Made by a program: the position numbers and the translations under genes
Origin: Sminthopsis crassicaudata
Lineage: Eukaryota
Direction: 5' to 3'
Assembly (NCBI RefSeq): GCF_048593235.1
Contig: NC_133620.1
Location: forward strand, 274,365,765 to 274,429,764
Length of the DNA stretch: 64,000 bases
Notes under the pieces: generated by a model
Databases searched by the model: none
What the model saw: only the letters and a program-made list of their open reading frames with translations
What the model was told of the DNA's origin: nothing
Shown here: one piece after another, positions 1 through 12,169 of the stretch
Position numbering within the stretch: the first letter of the stretch is position 1
How the letters are laid out: each line of letters opens with the position of its first letter

Positions 1-639
1 CATGCTCCTCCAAAACAAAGCTTCCTAAACTGTGGACTGTCATCCCCCGTGGATGGTCATGAAATTGAATGTGGGAGATCATGGAATTATCAGTAAATGT
101 TTGATTTATATATCTATATGTCTGGGATCATGTAAAAATTTCTTGGGCAAAAAGAGGTTGTGAGTGAAAAATATTTAAGAAGCCCTGCTCTAGAAGATAC
201 CCCACTTCCCTGATAACTTTAGTTTACTCCTTTTATCCACCATCCATTCTCCTCTTGGCAAATCAAGCAGATGAAATTGAAATTGGCAGAACAAAGAAAA
301 ATTATATATAACTATGTCTACAAATACAAACACTAAAATGTAGCTGAGTTCTAATTTCATTGTAATAACCCATCTCCAGGACAGGTGACTAAAAATGCTT
401 CCTTCCTTTTAGTAAAGAGGAGACTTTCGAATGGGGCAAGATGATCAATTATGGTGGAGTAGAAAGGGATGGGAAGTGAGAAAGGGAGAAAATAAGTGAC
501 CATGAACTAGAAATTAAAGGTTATCAAGAAAACTTTAATATTTTTAAAAGAAAATTCATATTTAATAAAAAGTCAACCTGAATATAATAAGCAAGAAGGC
601 TGTACTCTGCCGTGTTTTTTACATAACCTCCCAAAAAGT

Positions 640-645
640 TTTATT
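640..645 (-). terminator. Putative SPATS1 polyadenylation signal AATAAA
   Basis: AATAAA on the minus strand 20 nt after the stop codon, followed by a T/G-rich stretch. Confidence 0.55.
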
Positions 646-665
646 CTTATAGCATCCAATGCTTT

Positions 666-816
666 TCAAACTGTCACCACTTTTTGTTTCGCCACTGCTA
701 CAGGGGGGAATAACCAATCCATTAGGGGGACTGCTGGCATCCAGGCATCGAGTTCTTCTACTTCCTTTATTTCTTTTTTCTTTCTCATTTTTTTCTCCTT
801 CACAAAATAAGGCAAG
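666..816 (-). CDS. SPATS1: SPATS1 terminal coding exon
   Basis: Acceptor ttctttctgcag|C. Reads (H)LPYFVKEKKMRKKKEIKEVEELDAWMPAVPLMDWLFPPVAVAKQKVVTV*, matching recalled human LPFWVKEKANSLKNEIQEVEELDNWQPAVPLM. Stop TGA at 668-666. Phase fits the 63-nt exon. Confidence 0.9.
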
Positions 817-3524
817 CTGCAGAAAGAACAGACCAGATGTTATATGACAGCAACATTTACTTGTACAATTATAGAGAGACATCATAATGTTGAGGAAAGA
901 ACCCTGGGCTTAAAATCAGAAAACTTGAATTTAAATCCCAGCTTTGCTTTACAGGTGATGCGAGACTGAACAAGTCATTTTTAACTCTCATCACTTCAAT
1001 TTCTAGGCCTATGAAAGGGGGCTGATGATACTTGGACTACAGTTAGATTGCTAATTAGTGCAAATAACCAACCCTCTAAAGTAGTCCCATGTATCTGAAT
1101 TTACACTATTAGAGAAGGGCAGTTTCCCCAGTGACCAACGCATGGTCACTTGCATACCATGCTTGCTTAATGAATATTGAATAGATGATTCTCAAATCTA
1201 TAAGCCCCCACATCACCATATTTTCAGACTACCTTCCACTTGGGTGTCATGCTGGCACCTCAACCTTAAAAAAAAAAAAAAAAAGAAGATAACCTGTTGT
1301 CTTAAAAATTCACCCATTTTTCCTTCCCTAATTCTACCTCTTTCTCCTCCCCCCTTCCAAAAAGTTAAAAAAAAAAAAGCCCCTCCTCTTGATCTTTCAG
1401 ATTTTTGTGGCAGAAATCTACATTCACCAATGTCCCATTAAGTCAACAGTCCTTTCAGTCAAGAGTTCTGAATTCACATAACTATACAATCATTAAAACT
1501 GTATTTTTCATGGAATCATGATAAAAGAATGTTAAAAGAAGGGGCAGCTAGGTAGTGCAGCGGATAGAGTACAGCTTCTTAAACTGTGGTTTGTGATCCC
1601 ATTTTCTTAAAGTGTGATTTGTGACTCAATTTATGGTCTTGTAAATGAATATGGGGGTTGTGAATTATGATTTATTATCATTAAATACTTGGTGTATATA
1701 TTTGTAATCCATTGTCACATAAAATTTCTCAGGCAAAAAGGGATCATGAATGGAAAAACTTTAAGAAGTCCTGGGACAGAGTGTGAGGCCTGGCTTCATG
1801 TGGCATTCAAATCTGGCCTTAGACACTTGAATAACTGACTGTGGGCAGGTCACTNNNNNNNNNNNNNNNNNNNNNNNNNNNNNNNNNNNNNNNNNNNNNN
1901 NNNNNNNNNNNNNNNNNNNNNNNNNNNNNNNNNNNNNNNNNNNNNNNNNNNNNNNNNNNNNNNNNNNNNNNNNNNNNNNNNNNNNNNNNNNNNNNNNNNN
2001 NNNNNNNNNNNNNNNNNNNNNNNNNNNNNAGCTCTTTGAAGGCAGGGACAGTTTCTTTTTTACCTTTGTATCTTCAGCACATGCTTCGCATATAACATAT
2101 AACTGATAAATGTTTCCAATATTTTATAAATCCCCACACTTGTTTTACACGAGAACTCCTATTCAACATGTCCAAAACTGAACTTATCAGCATCTTGTTC
2201 ACTGCCTCTTGTTCTCTTATAGGATCTGAGTTCTAATCTCAATTCTAAAGAATATTGACCTTAAAGTCAGAAGATCTAGGATCACATACCAACTCTGCCT
2301 GCTATGTGACCTTCACTGAACCTCTCTGAGTCTCAGTTTCCTCATACATCAAATAGGGAAGTAGTCAGATTAAATTTCCATCTCTAGAGTTATGATGCTA
2401 TTGACATCCATGTAATAATAACAATTTATATTTTTATTTATATAGCACTTTAAGGTTTGCAAAGCACTTTACAAATATTGTCTCATTTGATAAGTGTTAT
2501 CACAATTCCCACTTAACAGGTGAAGAAACTGAAGCAGACAAAGATTAAAGGGCTCACCCAGAGTCATACAGATAATAATTGTTTAAGGCAGAATTTGAAC
2601 TCAGGTGTTCTTCTTGATTTTAGGTTCAGCAATCTATCATGTCACCCAGCTACTACCTGTCTTCAAAAATGCTACTTCTCCTGAATTTTATATTTTAATC
2701 AAAGACATTTCTAGTGGTCTAGAATCAAAACCTCAGAAGTCTCTGTTCTTTCTCTCTAGGCAGTGTAGTACAGTGAAAAGAATCCTGGGTTTGGAATTGG
2801 ATTCATGTCATATTCTTGTTTAATCACATTCAACTCTTCATGACCCCATTTGAGATTTTTCTTGGCAAAAATACTGGAATAGTTTGCCATTTTCTTCTCC
2901 AGCTTATTTTACAGCTGAGGAAACTGAGGCAAAAGGGATGAAGTGACTTGTAACAAAATCACACAGATAGGAAGTGTTTAAAACTAGATTTGTACTCAGT
3001 CCTGTTCATTAATGCTTGGACCAGATGACCTTTAAGGTCCTTCCCAGTTCTAAATCTTTGATCCTAATTGATAAAAAGTATCATAATGTAGTCTTATTGA
3101 TCTCTAAAATTATTTTTCAATCTACCTAGCTAATCTCATCCCTAAGATTCAGTCATTTGGAATAGAATCATCCCTAAAGTTTAATTAAAGATTTACCAGG
3201 TAAATGTGGAAATGATGACAAAACCTCCCCAATATATTGTGTTTTACCCAGCCAAAGCCTGGTAAATCGAAGGAGGATTAATTATAAGCTGAAAGATGAG
3301 AAAATTAAATTCTTAAGAAGTAAAATGACTTACTTAAGGTTATACAGAATGGAGGAACTAGAATTTAAAAAACACATCATCTAACTCAAAATTTAACCTT
3401 CTTTTCATTATACCCGCTTTTCCTTCTCAAAAAAGATTAAAAAATGAAAATTCGTTAGGCAAATTCTGACCATGCATTGTGATCTACCTAAATAAAAAAT
3501 ATAAAATAACTTAACAATACTCAC

Positions 3525-3587
3525 TGATACTCTTTTGGCAGAGGTTCCAGAGGAATAAATGTATCTACTTTCTTTACATATGGGATT
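3525..3587 (-). CDS. SPATS1: SPATS1 internal exon (63 nt)
   Basis: ttgttttcag|...|gtgagt. Encodes (R)IPYVKKVDTFIPLEPLPKEY(H) versus recalled human IVPYEKKFDTFIPLEPLPQIP. Confidence 0.93.
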
Positions 3588-6500
3588 CTGAAAACAATGA
3601 AAGGCAACCATAAAATTAGCAAAGATTGGCACTGTACCCAGATCAACATTTGTTTTCACCGAAATAGAAATTCCTTCTATTCTGTAATAGATGTTACTTT
3701 GTTGCATTTTTATAAATATAACCCAGAGTTCTTACATAAGACCTTCTTGATGGAAAGACTGATTATTTGNNNNNNNNNNNNNNNNNNNNNNNNNNNNNNN
3801 NNNNNNNNNNNNNNNNNNNNNNNNNNNNNNNNNNNNNNNNNNNNNNNNNNNNNNNNNNNNNNNNNNNNNNNNNNNNNNNNNNNNNNNNNNNNNNNNNNNN
3901 NNNNNNNNNNNNNNNNNNNNNNNNNNNNNNNNNNNNNNNNNNNNNNNNNNNNNNNNNNNNNNNNNNNNNNNNNNNNNNNNNNNNNNNNNNCTAGCATACA
4001 AAGTGGTTCTAGCTTCTGGAAGGAGGATTCATGTAGAGGAGCCAGGATTCAATATGTCTCTGATTTCCAGCTTACTAGACTAAAAATTTCCAGGAATTTT
4101 CCTTTAAATGAAATAGGATATTCATTCTCTCTGTGTCTCTCTCTCTGTCTCTGACTGTCTCTCTCTATGTCTCTGTTTCTGTGTCTCTTTCATTTTATTC
4201 CTCACTCACTTTATATTGTCTAGTATATTCTAATCCGTATAAATTCTCTGATTTCTATTTGCAGTCTGCTTGGGTGAATAGGTTTATTCACTATTTGTGA
4301 TGATCTTCTTATAATTATCATTTGGTGCAAAGACAATTAAGCCTTTGTATAGTCTTCTCCCCATTAAAAGATGGCAACCAAAAAAGCAACTAAACTTAAA
4401 TCATTTCCCCTAAACTAACAGTATTTAAGGGAGCAGATAGGTATCATTCTAATTTTATAAACCTGCTTTGAGGAAAGCAGAACTGGTTAGTCTCAATGCT
4501 CCATTCGCCTTCCCTTTAGGTAGGAATCAAAATTTTCCTTGGAGAAGGATAAACGAGATTCCAGAGCTACCTCTTTATACTTCCCTGCAAGCTACANNNN
4601 NNNNNNNNNNNNNNNNNNNNNNNNNNNNNNNNNNNNNNNNNNNNNNNNNNNNNNNNNNNNNNNNNNNNNNNNNNNNNNNNNNNNNNNNNNNNNNNNNNNN
4701 NNNNNNNNNNNNNNNNNNNNNNNNNNNNNNNNNNNNNNNNNNNNNNNNNNNNNNNNNNNNNNNNNNNNNNNNNNNNNNNNNNNNNNNNNNNNNNNNNNNN
4801 NNNNNNNNNNNNNNNNNNNNNNNNNNNNNNNNNNNNNNNNNNNNNNNNNNNNNNNNNTGTAGCTTGCGGATATATATATATATATATATGAGCAAATACA
4901 CACACATATACTCACATATATATATACTTATATATACATCTTGAAATTATAAATAAAATTACCCAAAAAAGCCAGTATGCTGGTAAATGGGAAAAAACTA
5001 CTACCACACATAGAATATTCAACTAAATATCAGATTTTTTAAAATATGTTAGTTTTGCCAGACTAATTTATTTACCCTTTGGAATTTTTTGTTGCAATAA
5101 ATGGCTGGGAATAGGGAAGGAAGAGGGATACATTTGGAAACATAGGTAATAGAAAACCCAAAAGCTATCAATGAATTTAAAACACACACACAATGCCACA
5201 CTTTTCCATGTTCTTCCAAAATAAACACTCATTAATTTTCACCTTTGATTAGTTGGATCTCTTTACTCCAATGGATTTGAGTTAGAGCTCATGTTATTTG
5301 TGATAGAAATCAAACATCAATAGTCTTAAGTCTATCTAGAAATTTAAGCGACTTTGCTGGGGGTGATTAAAGACTTGCTTTAAGTCTCTCATCCCTCCAG
5401 CCCATCCTCTATTCAGCTGTCAAACTGATTAAGGTCTGACTTTAATGAACTGATATTCAGTAAATTCCAGTGACTCTTTATAATCTTCAGGGCCAAAAAT
5501 AAAATTTTCTGTCATTCAAAGACCTTCCTACCATGGGTGCTATCTACACCTTGTCTCCTGATACTCAGGGATCTTATAATACTGCCCTCATTGCTGTTCC
5601 TTGACACTCAAACTCCCAACTCTAGGCATTTTCATTGGCTAATCCTCATTCCTAGAATTCTCTTCATCTGTGCCCCCTGGTTTTCAGTTTCATTTTGGTT
5701 ATGTCCAGCTCTTTGTGACTCATTTGGGGTTTTCTTAGCAAAGATACTGCAGTAATTTGCCATTCCCTTCTCCTGGTCATTTTACAGATAAGGAAATGAA
5801 TGCAAACAGGGTTAAGTAATTTGCCCAGGGTCACATAGCTAATAATTGCCTGAAGCCATATTTGAATTTAGGTCCTCCAGACTCTAGGATTGGTTCACTA
5901 TCCACTGTACCTAGCTAAATCTCATGTTTTACAAGAGGCTTTTTTTCCTATCCCCTCTTAAAGTTAGTGCCTTTCCTCTTTTAACTATCTCCCATCTATC
6001 CTGTATATTTTGTTTGGACATAGTTGTTTGCATGTTCTCTCTCCTCATTAGATTGGGAGAACCTTGAGAGTAGGGTCTATCTTTTATGTATATTTGTATT
6101 CTCAGCATTAAGCCTAAGGTCTAGCATATACATAGTATGTGCTTATTGATTGGAGTTTTGATGAGGATTACCTCCTGTCTTAGTAGTTTTAAATAGGTAT
6201 CAATATAAGTCATAAAGGGCCCTCAGATTCTTTTTGCTTCAAGGATCAAATACAAACTCCTGTGATTGGCTTTATAAGCCTTTTATTCTGATTCTTTTTC
6301 ACTCTTTCACACTCTCAGTGTTGCTCTCAAAGAGGCCGACTAGTCGGTCATTCCCCCAAATACAACATCTAGGTTCCTACCTCCGTGATTTTTCAATCTT
6401 TTCTTCTAAGCCTAGAAAGCACTCTCTCTCCTCCTCTTATAGAATCCTTAGCTTCCTTGGAAATCCAGCTCTATTGTCCCTTCCTACATGAAGCCTATAT

Positions 6501-6766
6501 TGATACCCATCCCTAACCCCATCAATTGCTAATGTTCTCCCCCCAGAATTTATACATTTTGTATTTAATTTTCTATTTACAGGTTGCTTTGCACTAAGAG
6601 GATCTAAACTCCTGGAAGGCAGGGAGTGTTTCTTTTTTGCTGTATAAATACAGCTATCATAAACTGCTACTCTACATCTAGCACATAGCTGACACACAAA
6701 AAAGCTTGTTGACAACAATAAATAAAGGTAACCAAATAAAGCAAACACTAACATACTAGAACTCAC

Positions 6767-6887
6767 CTTGAAAAATTCATTGGTATTACAGTTGCTCCAT
6801 CTTTGTAAAAGTCTGGACATTCCTCTGGTTTTAAATATGGTTTATCCCCTGGAGTTCGTTCTGGGAGTCCATTCCTTTCATCAATGT
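6767..6887 (-). CDS. SPATS1: SPATS1 internal exon (121 nt)
   Basis: taatag|...|gtgagt. Encodes (D)IDERNGLPERTPGDKPYLKPEECPDFYKDGATVIPMNFS versus recalled human DIDPRNGIPKLTPGDNPYMYPEQSKGFHKAGSMLPPVNFS. Confidence 0.93.
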
Positions 6888-8000
6888 CTATTAGTAATGT
6901 ACCCCAAATCAGATTACATAAAGGTTAAAGATAGGCCACTGGTCAGCTTATAGAAATTGAATGTGAGCTAAAAATGCAAAAATTAATATTTTTTCCACCA
7001 GAATCAAAAATATATGAAAGTCACTGCTTCCCCCTTTATTCTCATTAAACATCTTTTAGGCAAGTAAAAATTTTAATGAGTACTCTGTGAGCTGAAACAT
7101 CAACATCAAAAAAGAGCAAGTATGTACAAAGTACATGTTTCTAAGTACAGAAAGAAAAAAAAAAAGACATGTTATTCCTTCAAAGTCTTAGTGGAAAAAT
7201 TAATTTGTTCATATATTTAAGCAACATTTCTTAAGCAATGCACTGTAATGGAAAAGAGACAAATGTTTAGAATGATATATAACACAAAGTAGCATATGTC
7301 ATAAACTTCCAAGAGATATTATTCTCAAAATAAGTATTAACTAATAAATATTTCTCAAATGTCAAGTAAACATTAAATAGTAAATATTTGTCAGATGAAT
7401 GAATGAGTATAGGTAAGTGAATAGTAAATAAATATCATAGACTATATCATAAGATCAAAGATATGCTAGAGTCAGTTCAAATCTCCTTGAGGGAGCTGTT
7501 AAATTTGTAGGGTAAAATCTACCTCAGAAATCGACAATCATATAAATAAAGACTTGCTATTTTGTGAATTGCCTGGACTTAAGAAAGTGATGAGGGGAAA
7601 TGCTAATGATGCCAGCAAAATATAAAGGTTATGTCATAAGTACTTTTGCCCTGGGAAGCTAATTATTACACATTTATTGGCACACTACTGCAAAGAGGAA
7701 CCACAGTGACCAATTATTCCAACCCTTTTATTTTACAGATGAAACTAGGGCCCACAGGAGCTGAATGTCTAGTCCCAAATCACACAGGGAGTATGTAGCA
7801 GAATTAGAATTTAAACCCATTTCCTCTGACATCAAATGCCTTCACTGTACAGGCTTCCTCCCTAATAGTAGAAGTGGGAGGAATCTTTGAGAGAATCTAC
7901 TTCAATTCTTTTATTCTGCAGACGAAGAAAGAAATAAGCCTTAAGAGCTTACATGACTAAAGTCTGAGGTAGTTCTTTAAAATATGTGTGTGTATTAATA

Positions 8001-8005
<5 letters not shown>

Positions 8006-8061
<56 letters not shown>
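8006..8061. repeat. (AT)n microsatellite
   Basis: Read directly; one interruption. Confidence 0.97.
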
Positions 8062-8064
<3 letters not shown>

Positions 8065-9735
8065 CATCCACATATCCTTCCCTCCTTTTCCCAAAGACCA
8101 AAAATAAACAAACAAACAAAAAAAAGCTTGGTAAACTAACCAATACATCAACAGTGTCTGACATTATATGGAGTATATTCAGTCTTCCTCTGTTGAAGAA
8201 TAAAGAATGTGCTTTTTCATGTCTCTTTTGTAGGATCAAGTGTGGTCATTATAATTTGTCTTTCAAAAGATCATCACTATTTTGTTTTTACATTATCTTT
8301 ATTTCCCATTGAATTTCTCCATTCCCCCAGTTTTGAGAGAGAGGAGATATATGGGTCCATATTTTCTTCAAGGAGAGGTCTGGGAAGGAAGAAAAAGACT
8401 CTGGGGAAAAAAACAACATTTAGAGGATCTAGCACCTTAATCATGCCTCAGTTTCTTCATTTGTAAAAGTGAGCTACAGAAAAAAAAAAAAAAAGCAAAC
8501 CATACCACTATCTTTGCCAAGAAAATCCAAACAGGGTCACAAAGAGTCTGACTTAACTGCACAACAATTAATTCAGGCTTAGAACTGTGGAAAGGAAATG
8601 CAATGTTAATGTCTGAAGCTAGAACATAAGCAAAGTAGAAGTACTTTTCTTTGGACTTCAGTAAGGTTTTCTATTAATATCCAACAAAAAAGCACACATA
8701 TGTGATGATTTCAATGCGACATTACCATATTATAAAACTCAAAGGTAAGTAAAAATATGTCTCTACATATGTGCTGTGATTTCCAAGCTGAAAGTAATCC
8801 ATATTGAGCCTGATTTCCTCCTTCACATAAAAGGGTAATGTTCCAGTAGGATGCCAACTTTTCTATAATGGAATTTATTTTCTCCTTCCCTATGACCTAC
8901 TCTTGCTCCCATCTTCCCTCCATCTTTTATAACAGTTTTGTGTTTATGTCTCTCTCAAACATCTAGCATAGTCCTTTGTACACACTAGAAGTTTATTAAG
9001 TTGAAGTTTTATATTTATTCTTTTTTTAATGGGGAGAGAGATGGGAAGGAGATAAAATATATTTTTTCTTTATTGAAAAAATGAAACTTCATTAAGAAAT
9101 AATTGAATTGTATTGATTTGCATTGCCTTCCTATGAAGTAATATGGAGCTGGGAAATAACATCCTCTGATCTTTTAGCTTATTGACAATTCAATACATCA
9201 GTGATTTAAGATTTCGTCCACATAAATACTTGTTCCACTAAAACAAGTTCTAATCCTCTTATTATTCAATAGATAGTCTTCAAGAATTATTATGGCTCCA
9301 GAATAATCCTTCACCCTCCCCCCCCACCTTATTGTCAAGCTTGATAATGAATAGTTAGATTTCACTATGATTGCCATGGTGTGGCAAGTCCAACATCACT
9401 CATTCAGTGCGGCATAGTGGAAAGAAGCCTGATCTTGGACTAGGATTCAAGAAGCCCCAAGCTCTAATCCTATCTCAGATACTAATTATATGGTCCTAGA
9501 CAATGAACTTTTTTCAGGTGTGATTTCATCTCGCATCTATCTCACAGGAATATGTAAGAATCAAGTGAGACAGAGTATATAAAATGCCTTGAAAAACTAA
9601 AAGTTATTCTTATTATCAACAATTTGGTAGAACTTGCCAAAGCTTGTCATTACCTTCCAGGGATTTCTTCCAGACTTAAGAGTGTTTATTGGAGGAAGAA
9701 ACTAAAGAACAGAAAAATGAGGGAGGGGGGATTAC

Positions 9736-9891
9736 CATATTTTTTTCTCCCAAAGCATTTGTCCAATGTTATCTCTGTTGGAAATCTCTGGTATGCCCGA
9801 AAGACACCATCGAAATGACACTTTTTCCCCTTATGATAGGTATGAAGATGCCCATGTCTTGGATAAAAACTCCATTCTGCATCTTTTTGAT
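9736..9891 (-). CDS. SPATS1: SPATS1 internal exon (156 nt)
   Basis: tctttccatag|...|gtaat, within ORF 9686..9943. QKDAEWSFYPRHGHLHTYHKGKKCHFDGVFRAYQRFPTEITLDKCFGRKKY matches recalled human EWTFYPRFSSNIHTYHVGKQCFFNGVF...DKCFGRKKY. Confidence 0.95.
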
Positions 9892-11346
9892 CTATGGAAA
9901 GACATAAGAAAATCCAGCTATAATAAGTACTTATATCATTCAATAATAAAAGAATTTTTAAAATAATTGTATTGGAATGGACCTTTTTAAATGTGCTCAG
10001 TAGCTATACAGCTTTAGAAAGAAAGGTAATTGCTTTCTTTGTCCTACTCTCAGATCTTTATAAGCTTTAAGGCACAGGAAGGGGGGAGTAGGGAGTTTTT
10101 TATGTTTCCTTCTGAAAATAACTGTGGTATAAAGAAAATATCTTTTTAAAATAAAGAGAAAGAGTAGGGGAGAGAAAAGAAAAGAAGGGGAGAGATAGAG
10201 AGAGAAATAGAAAGTCAAAAAATTCCTTTTTTATTTTTCCTTCTCACTTCAAACCAGCTGCATGGCATAAAGGGGTGTTCTGAAGTGGCAAAGGAAACTG
10301 GGAACTCATTCTATACAGGAGTTTTAACCTGGAGATCACAGACAATATATCCCCAAGCAACTCATGAATAGATTTCAGGGATTTTGAATTAGAATAGGGA
10401 ATTTTAAAAATTATATTATTTTATACTTTTATTATAATCATATTTTATCTGTTTATATATGTTATATTTATATATTAATTTGGAAAAGGAAGACCTCAAA
10501 ATTTCTGGCTGGAACTAAAAATAATTTCATTAGATCATCTTTTGTCTCAATTCTTACCTTGTCCTAAGTCATTGAAAGGGGCATTGACTCAAATAAACTG
10601 AGCCTGGGAAAAACTACAATTTAAAAGATCAAGGTCACCCACTGTATCCAGAGCCATCTACAGATTCAGGGAGAAAGAGTGATGCTAATTTCAATATATC
10701 ACTCTTGTGATGTTATTGGTCCTACTCAATAAAGAAGGTTGAACAACATTAACAATATTATTTCTATTCATATAAACTTATAAAAATGTTCTATATTTTA
10801 CATATAAATACACAAATATATTGTTATATTAGATTTCCCTATTTACATGTACATATAAATTTATGAATATTTATATAGATATGTAAATTCACATACTTTA
10901 TTGATATAATATAGTCATATATAGATATTCTACAAATGTATATTTATGTGTTTTATATATAATATATAACATATATTCATATTTGTGATATATACTTTTA
11001 TTAATTATTTTATCATAATTAGTTTTCTTTAAAATCCTATGTATTTTATTTTATAATTTTAAAAGCAGTCTGATTTCTCCAGAGGGATCCATGATACACA
11101 AAAAAGTTAAGAACTCCTATAATTGTACTAATCTTCCCCCCTGGGTTCACTGCCAACTGCCACTCCAATAACTACTCATTGACATTTTTGCTTTGTCTTG
11201 TTTGGATTTTTTTTTTTTTGAAGGGGGACAGATGGAAGAGGAGAGTGTCAGGCAAAGCCACATATCCCATATAAGTAATCCCCCTCCCAGAGCTTACTCC
11301 TGCTGGGGACCTTTAAGACCCAGGCCCAGATTTTGACTTCACTCAC

Positions 11347-11459
11347 TGAGCAGGATGATTTCCTTTGGATATTCATTCTCTATAACGTTTGTTGCCAGAG
11401 CATCATCGATGGCTAAAAGTGATGGCCTGGGCAGCAGCTTGGCATCTGCAGTAGGATGA
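11347..11459 (-). CDS. SPATS1: SPATS1 internal exon (113 nt)
   Basis: ttcctttgtag|...|gtgagt. Open frame HPTADAKLLPRPSLLAIDDALATNVIENEYPKEIILL; EYPKEIILL resembles recalled human KYPEEFSLL. Phases 2/1 fit both neighbours. Confidence 0.85.
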
Positions 11460-11724
11460 CTACAAAGGAAGCAGAAAAGATTCTGATTTTTTTTGTACTG
11501 AGACTGATCTAGAGATAATGAATTCTGGTGAGAAGTAGACTGGAGCTAATTCATTCATTCCATACTTACGTGCCTATCTCTGTGACTAGAGTAAGGCAAA
11601 ACTCTACCATTTAGTAACTCACAGCTATACAGTAATAATTTCTATATTTCTGTAATACTTCAAGGTCTACAAGATAATTCCCTTTTCCCAACCCAACAAC
11701 CCTTGGGAAAGCAATCTGTAAAGG

Positions 11725-11985
11725 AATTTATGTAAATGTATATGATATAATGTTATAATGGTACAATAAAATATATAATAAAATATGTATAATGTTATAT
11801 GATATAGGTATTATATAAATGTATATAGTATAATATAAATTGTATACAAATGTATAAAACATGTCATATAAATGTATAATAAAATACTATAATAAAATTA
11901 TAGTATAATAAATATAAATATATAAATTTGTGTCATTATTATAACCTAATATAATTATGTGTATTTATATAATATTAATTTAAAT
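11725..11985. repeat. AT-rich low-complexity degenerate (TATAA)n tract
   Basis: Nearly all A/T. A similar tract lies at about 10760-11050. Confidence 0.85.
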
Positions 11986-12098
11986 ACTATGTCTTTCTAT
12001 CTGTTAACTATTTCTCTGTCTATCTTCCTTTCCTTCTCTCTCCCTCCCTCTCTCTGTCAGTCTCTCTTTTTCTTCCTCTCTTTTTCTGTCTGTCTCTG

Positions 12099-12104
<6 letters not shown>

Positions 12105-12169
<65 letters not shown>
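12105..12169. repeat. Compound (TC)n(AC)n microsatellite
   Basis: Read directly. Confidence 0.97.

Noticed and set aside
619-885. 88-aa minus-strand ORF and 62-aa plus-strand ORF
   Set aside because: Alternative frames over the SPATS1 terminal exon. The real frame is fixed by splice phase and homology.
8702-8812. GTGATGA ... CTGA resembling a C/D-box snoRNA
   Set aside because: Antisense to the host gene, with no terminal stem and no recognisable guide.
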